A stretch of 64,000 bases of DNA from Thermoanaerobaculia bacterium (GTDB taxonomy: Bacteria > Acidobacteriota > Thermoanaerobaculia > Multivoradales > Multivoraceae). The position numbers and the translations under genes are program-made. The DNA lies in NCBI GenBank assembly GCA_965214805.1, contig OZ243982.1, positions 2,915,253 through 2,979,252 on the forward strand, read 5' to 3'. The notes below the pieces were generated by a model that saw only the letters and a list, made by a program, of their open reading frames with translations, did not search any database and had not been told where the DNA came from. Every line of letters starts with the position of its first letter. The first letter of the stretch is position 1. Shown here in pieces: positions 59,468 to 64,000 of this stretch.

Positions 59468-60838
59468 GTGCAAGCCTCAGCGATTCGCACCGTTGGCTTC
59501 GGGCTGGCGGCCACGTGGACCCTTGCATGGACCGTGACGTGGACTGCGCCGGCGCTGGCCGATGACTGGCCGCAGTGGCGGGGCGCCGACCGTTCCGGCA
59601 TGTGGCAGGAGGACGGCATCCTGGAGCAGTTCCCCGAGGGGGGGCTCGAGGCCGTCTGGCGGGTGCCCATCCGCGGCGGCTACTCGGGTCCGGTGGTGGC
59701 GGACGGCCGGGTGTTCGTGACCGACTGGCAGCGTGTCGAGGGAACACGCGCCATCACGGGCAGGGAACGCGTGCTGGCGCTCGACGAGCAGACCGGCGAA
59801 CCGCTCTGGAGCCACGAGTGGGACGTGAACTACTCGGCGCTGCAGCAGAGCTACGCGATCGGTCCCCGTTCGACGCCGGCGGTCGACGGCGACAGGCTCC
59901 ACGTGATGGGCGCCGTGGGCCATCTGATGGCTCTCGACGTCGAGACCGGCGAGGTGATCTGGAGCTACGACTCCGTGGAGCAGGGCAATGCCAGCGTCAC
60001 GATCTGGGGGTTCTCCAGTTCGCCGCTCGTGCACGGCGACCTGCTGATCCAGATCGTGGGGGCGGAGCCGGACGGCAAGGTGATCGCCTTCGACAAGCAC
60101 ACGGGGGAAGAGGTCTGGCGGTCGCTGTCCTCGGACTGGGAGATGGGCTATGGCCAGCCCATGATCTTCGAAGCCGGCGGCGTGGAGCAGCTCATCGTCT
60201 GGGAGCCGAAGGCGGTCAACTCCCTTGATCCGGCGACCGGCGAGGTCTACTGGACGGTTCCCTGGGAGGTGGCCTCGGGCATGACCGTGACGACCCCCGT
60301 GATGGACGGCAATCGGCTGCTCTTCAGCCAGTTCTACCGCGGCTCCCTGCTGCTCGAACTCGACTCCGAGAAGCCCGAGGTGCGCGAACTGTGGCGCGGC
60401 CAGAGCCGCAGCGAGATGCCGGAGGAGACGCAGGGGCTTCATTCCCTGATCACGACACCGATCCTCGAAGGCGGCACGATCTACGGGGTCTGCAGCTACG
60501 GCCAGTTGCGCGGTCTCGACGCGTCGGACGGCTCCCGTCTCTGGGAGAGCGACAAGATGACCCGCCAGGGCCGCTGGGGCACTGCCTTCATGGTGAAGCA
60601 CGGCGACCGCTGGTTCGTGAACAACGATGTCGGCGACCTGATCATCGCCCGCTTTTCGCGGGACGGCTACGAGGAGATCGATCGCGCCCGGCTGATCGAA
60701 CCGACCGCGCGATCCGGTTTCGGCCCGCGGAGGCTCTTCGACGCGCTGGTGAACTGGTCTCATCCGGCCTACGCCAACAGCCACGTCATCGCGCGCAACG
60801 ACGAGGAGATCATCCGTGTCTCCCTGGCCGCCGACTAG
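59468..60838 (+). CDS. PQQ-like beta-propeller repeat protein, secreted (paralogue type of 18365..19804)
   Basis: Signal peptide ...TAPALA, DDWPQWRGADRSG, and repeated ..G..LW.. propeller blades. Confidence 0.8.
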   Translation: MQASAIRTVGFGLAATWTLAWTVTWTAPALADDWPQWRGADRSGMWQEDGILEQFPEGGLEAVWRVPIRGGYSGPVVADGRVFVTDWQRVEGTRAITGRERVLALDEQTGEPLWSHEWDVNYSALQQSYAIGPRSTPAVDGDRLHVMGAVGHLMALDVETGEVIWSYDSVEQGNASVTIWGFSSSPLVHGDLLIQIVGAEPDGKVIAFDKHTGEEVWRSLSSDWEMGYGQPMIFEAGGVEQLIVWEPKAVNSLDPATGEVYWTVPWEVASGMTVTTPVMDGNRLLFSQFYRGSLLLELDSEKPEVRELWRGQSRSEMPEETQGLHSLITTPILEGGTIYGVCSYGQLRGLDASDGSRLWESDKMTRQGRWGTAFMVKHGDRWFVNNDVGDLIIARFSRDGYEEIDRARLIEPTARSGFGPRRLFDALVNWSHPAYANSHVIARNDEEIIRVSLAAD

Positions 60839-62237
60839 CGGGACTTGCGAGTCCACTGGCGGTGTCGGCCTTCCGGCTGGCCCGCGGTTCCCGCATCGGG
60901 AACCTGTTCGGGTCGGGCTTGCCGTCGTCCTCGCGTCCACCGCGATTCTCGCCATCCTTCCGGGCACGTCGGCCACTGCCCAGCAGGAATCGGAACGCGG
61001 CGGAACGGCGGGCGCGGCCATCGAGACCCAGGACCGTCCGCGAGAAGCACAGGGTCCCGTGGGGGAGCTGGTCTTTCCCCTGGAGCACTGGCACAACCAC
61101 GGTTCTTCTCTGGTCGAGTTGCCGAACGGCGATCTGCTGGTGGCCTGGTTTCACGGTTCGGGGGAGCGGACCGCCGACGACGTGCGCATTCTGGGCGCTC
61201 GTCTGCGCGCCGGCGCCGAGACGTGGAGCGAGCCGTTCCTGCTCGCCGACACGCCGGGCTTCCCGGACACCAACTGCACCCTGCTGCTCGAACCCGTGAG
61301 TGCAGGAGGCCACCGGCTGTGGCTGTTCTGGCCCACGATCCAGGCGAACCTGTGGGAAAGCGCGCTGATGAAGCTCAAGGTCTCGACGGACTTCGAGCGG
61401 CCGGGCCCGCCGATCTGGCAGTGGCAGGACGTGCTCCACATGAAGCCCGGCGACGGCTTTCACGATCTGGTGGCCAGCAAGACGGACGAGTACTTCCGCA
61501 GCCTGGGCTTTGCCGGCGCCGCGGATCCGGCCGCTCCGGAGTCGTCCCGGCGGTGGGCCGCGCACAACCTGGAGCAGGCCGCGGACAAGCTGACGCGGCG
61601 GATCGGCTGGTTCACCCGCGCCCATCCGGTCGTCCTGCCGCTGCCTTCGGGCGGCCAGCGGCTCCTTCTGGGCCTCTACTCGGACGGCTTCAGTTTCGCC
61701 GCCGCGACCTACAGCGACGACGGCGGTCACAGCTGGACGTTCACGGAGCCGATCGTCGGCGGCGGCAGCATCCAGCCCACCTTCGCCCTTCGACGCGACG
61801 GCACCTTGGTTGCCTTCATGCGCGACAACGGGCCGCCGCCCAAGCGCGCCCACGTCGCCGAGTCGAACGATCTGGGCGTCACCTGGTCCGTCGCCCGCGA
61901 CCATCCCGACCTGGTCGAGACGGGCGCCGGGCTGGAAGTCCTGAAGCTCGACAGCGGTCGCTGGATCGTCGTCCACAACGACATCCCCGACGGCCGCTAC
62001 CAGCTTGCCGTTTCGGTCTCCGAAGACGAAGGCAGGACCTTCGAGCGGCGGCGCTACATCGAGCGCGAAGAGAAGGGCGTCGGCCGCTACCACTACCCGT
62101 CGGTGATCCAGTCCCGCGACGGCCGGATCCACGTGACCTACAGCTACCACGTCGCCGGCGCGCTCGACGACGGCGGCCAGGGCAAGAGCATCAAGCACGT
62201 CAGCTTCGACGAGGCCTGGCTGCTCGGCAAGAGCTGA
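60816..62237 (+). CDS. BNR/sialidase-fold (exo-alpha-sialidase-like) secreted protein
   Basis: Signal-like N-terminus and Asp-box motifs SDDGGHSW, SNDLGVTW and SEDEGRTF. Also LVELPNGDLLVAWFHGSGE. Confidence 0.75.
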   Translation: MSPWPPTSGTCESTGGVGLPAGPRFPHREPVRVGLAVVLASTAILAILPGTSATAQQESERGGTAGAAIETQDRPREAQGPVGELVFPLEHWHNHGSSLVELPNGDLLVAWFHGSGERTADDVRILGARLRAGAETWSEPFLLADTPGFPDTNCTLLLEPVSAGGHRLWLFWPTIQANLWESALMKLKVSTDFERPGPPIWQWQDVLHMKPGDGFHDLVASKTDEYFRSLGFAGAADPAAPESSRRWAAHNLEQAADKLTRRIGWFTRAHPVVLPLPSGGQRLLLGLYSDGFSFAAATYSDDGGHSWTFTEPIVGGGSIQPTFALRRDGTLVAFMRDNGPPPKRAHVAESNDLGVTWSVARDHPDLVETGAGLEVLKLDSGRWIVVHNDIPDGRYQLAVSVSEDEGRTFERRRYIEREEKGVGRYHYPSVIQSRDGRIHVTYSYHVAGALDDGGQGKSIKHVSFDEAWLLGKS

Positions 62238-62277
62238 GCCCAGGCAACGGCCAGCACGCAGAACCGGGAGGCTTCCC

Positions 62278-63663
62278 ATGCGCCATCGACTGCCCATGCG
62301 TCATCGACTGTCTGCCATCGCGGCCCCGTGTGCCGCGCTCTGTGTCGTCCTGGCCGCCGTGCTTGCGGCCTGTGCCCCTCGGGACACCGGCACCGCGGGC
62401 GCCACGGCCACCACGGGCAACGGCACGTTCGCGGGACTCCCTCGCACGTACGCCGAGAGCGTCGGCATGTCGAGCGAGCGTCTGGACCGGATCGGAACGG
62501 CGTTCGAGCGCTACGTGGCCGACGGCAAGCTCTCCGGCGTCGTCACCGTCGTCGCGCGCCACGGTCAGGTCGTCCACTTCGAGGCCAGCGGGTATCAGGA
62601 CGTCGAGGCCGAAGAGCCGATGGGCGAGGACACGATCTTCCGCATGTACTCGATGACCAAGCCGATCGCCTCGGCGGCCGTGATGATCCTCTGGGAGGAG
62701 GGGCACTTCCTGCTGTCGACGCCGCTCGCCGCGATTCTCCCCGAGTTCGCGGACGTGCGTGTTCACGTTTCGGGCCAGGGCGAGAACATGGAGACGGCGC
62801 CGCCGCGCCGGCCCATCGTCATCCGGGACCTGATGACGCATACCTCCGGCCTGACCTACACCTTCATCCCCAGCCCGGTGGCCGCTTCCTATGCGGCGCA
62901 GGGACTCGAGGGCTCGGCCGATGCCGTCCCTCACGACGACCTCGCGCACTACGTCCGGGAGCTGGCGAAACAGCCTCTGGTCGCGCATCCCGGCACGGCC
63001 TGGAACTACAGCGTGGGTCTCGAAGTGGCCGGCCGGGTGGTCGAGGTCGTCTCCGGGCAGACGTTCCGGGATTTCCTGAAGGAGCGGATCTTCGACCCGC
63101 TCGGCATGGTGGACACGGACTTCTTCGTTCCGGACGAGAAGCTCGACCGCCTGGCCGTCAACTACGCTCCGACGCCGGAGGGCGGCATCGTCGCGCTCGA
63201 CGATCCCGAGACCAGCGCCTACCGCGAGCCGCCGAAGGTCGAGATGGGCGGCTCCGGCCTGGTCGCCACCGCAGGCGACTATCTGCGGTTCGCCCAGATG
63301 CTCGCCAACGGCGGCGCGCTGGACGGCGTGCGGATCCTCGGGCCGCAGACGGTGGCGCTGATCATGGACAACCACCTGGGCTCGGCGTATGGACCGTCGC
63401 CCATGTCCAGCCTGAACCTCGACATGGGGATGAGCGAGGGCATGGGCTACGGTCTGGGCGGGTACTCGATCACCGACACCGGGCTCACCGGAATGCCGGC
63501 CGCGCCCGGCACCTACGGCTGGGGCGGTGCTGCCTCCACCGATTTCTGGGTCGATCCCGAACAGGACCTCGTCGGGATGGTGCTGACCCAGTTGCTGCCC
63601 ACCGGCACGTATCCGCTCCGCCCGACGATGGAGGTGCTCGCCTACCAGGCGATCGTGGAGTAG
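62278..63663 (+). CDS. serine hydrolase, beta-lactamase/esterase (class C-like) family, probable lipoprotein
   Basis: Lipobox VLAAC, catalytic S-x-x-K (SMTK), and YS..G motifs. The first 12 codons are an 18-bp tandem duplication (MRHRLP MRHRLS). Confidence 0.85.
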   Translation: MRHRLPMRHRLSAIAAPCAALCVVLAAVLAACAPRDTGTAGATATTGNGTFAGLPRTYAESVGMSSERLDRIGTAFERYVADGKLSGVVTVVARHGQVVHFEASGYQDVEAEEPMGEDTIFRMYSMTKPIASAAVMILWEEGHFLLSTPLAAILPEFADVRVHVSGQGENMETAPPRRPIVIRDLMTHTSGLTYTFIPSPVAASYAAQGLEGSADAVPHDDLAHYVRELAKQPLVAHPGTAWNYSVGLEVAGRVVEVVSGQTFRDFLKERIFDPLGMVDTDFFVPDEKLDRLAVNYAPTPEGGIVALDDPETSAYREPPKVEMGGSGLVATAGDYLRFAQMLANGGALDGVRILGPQTVALIMDNHLGSAYGPSPMSSLNLDMGMSEGMGYGLGGYSITDTGLTGMPAAPGTYGWGGAASTDFWVDPEQDLVGMVLTQLLPTGTYPLRPTMEVLAYQAIVE

Positions 63664-64000
63664 GGGCCAAGGGTCCGAGTCTCCAGCAAGAATGGCCGGA
63701 CTGTGGACTCGACGACCGTGAGATCGGTCGTGCTCTGCGGAGAGAGGTTGTGAAGCTCCTGCGGGGAGGGCGAGCTCGAGTTCGTCTTCGGCGACGACCG
63801 GGCCGCCTTCCTGCTGAAGTTCGGCGTCATTCCTCGGACGGCCAACGCGAGGGTTCCCGCACTCGATGGCCGCCCGAGGTGAAGGGTGAAGTGCGGGCCT
63901 TGGAGCGGGCGCGAAGGGAACCGGGCAGGCTCACCCGAGCCTCTCCAGGAGGGCCTCTGTGGCTTGGGCTCCAACCGCGATCAGGAACGTGTCGAGCGGC

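Noticed and set aside
63642-64000. 110-aa minus ORF (63642..63974) and a possible minus-strand gene tail ending at TGA 63931-63933 (..PLDTFLIAVGAQATEALLERLG*)
   Set aside because: The 110-aa ORF is Pro/Ser/Arg-rich with no motifs. The edge fragment has only ~23 codons, too short to support a call.

Overview
High-GC (about 68-70% by eye) Gram-negative chromosomal window. It is probably Acidobacteriota: it has bamA-skp-lpxD-fabZ-lpxA and two VWA proteins whose N-termini resemble the acidobacterial TIGR03436 'VWFA-related' type. About 80% is tightly packed housekeeping, mostly on the + strand: lysS, purine/pyrimidine salvage, lolED, clpC, the outer-membrane/lipid A cluster, surE-pcm-apt, plsY-gpsA-guaA, lgt-thiD, nnr-tsaE, phoH-pgpH-ybeY/era and glnA. 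Two regions look accessory. (1) Positions 1-7.6 kb are a decayed defence island. It starts with the 5' end of a DUF499-type P-loop ATPase gene. It also holds a type I R-M locus reduced to hsdM', hsdS' and hsdR' fragments, but with apparently intact passenger genes: two tandem HI0074-type HEPN proteins, a ~145-aa protein fused to an IS3 transposase tail, and a 396-aa orphan. A lower-GC two-gene module of unknown function abuts lysS. (2) Positions 29.5-36.4 kb are a lower-GC, translationally coupled operon preceded by a 16-nt poly(C) tract. It encodes a secreted beta-propeller, an unannotated 49-aa six-cysteine peptide, two large ABC-2 permeases, a NEW3/CARDB-like membrane-anchored protein and an ABC ATPase. 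This is my best candidate for an undescribed system. Other notable points are a tRNA-Arg(CCT) whose last 30 nt are repeated 47 nt downstream (att scar), a single-ORF YbeY-Era fusion, and a recurring habit of 16-18 bp tandem duplications. No rRNA genes or CRISPR arrays were seen. Many very long antisense ORFs in the track are GC-driven artefacts. All homology statements come from reading the translations, not from database searches.
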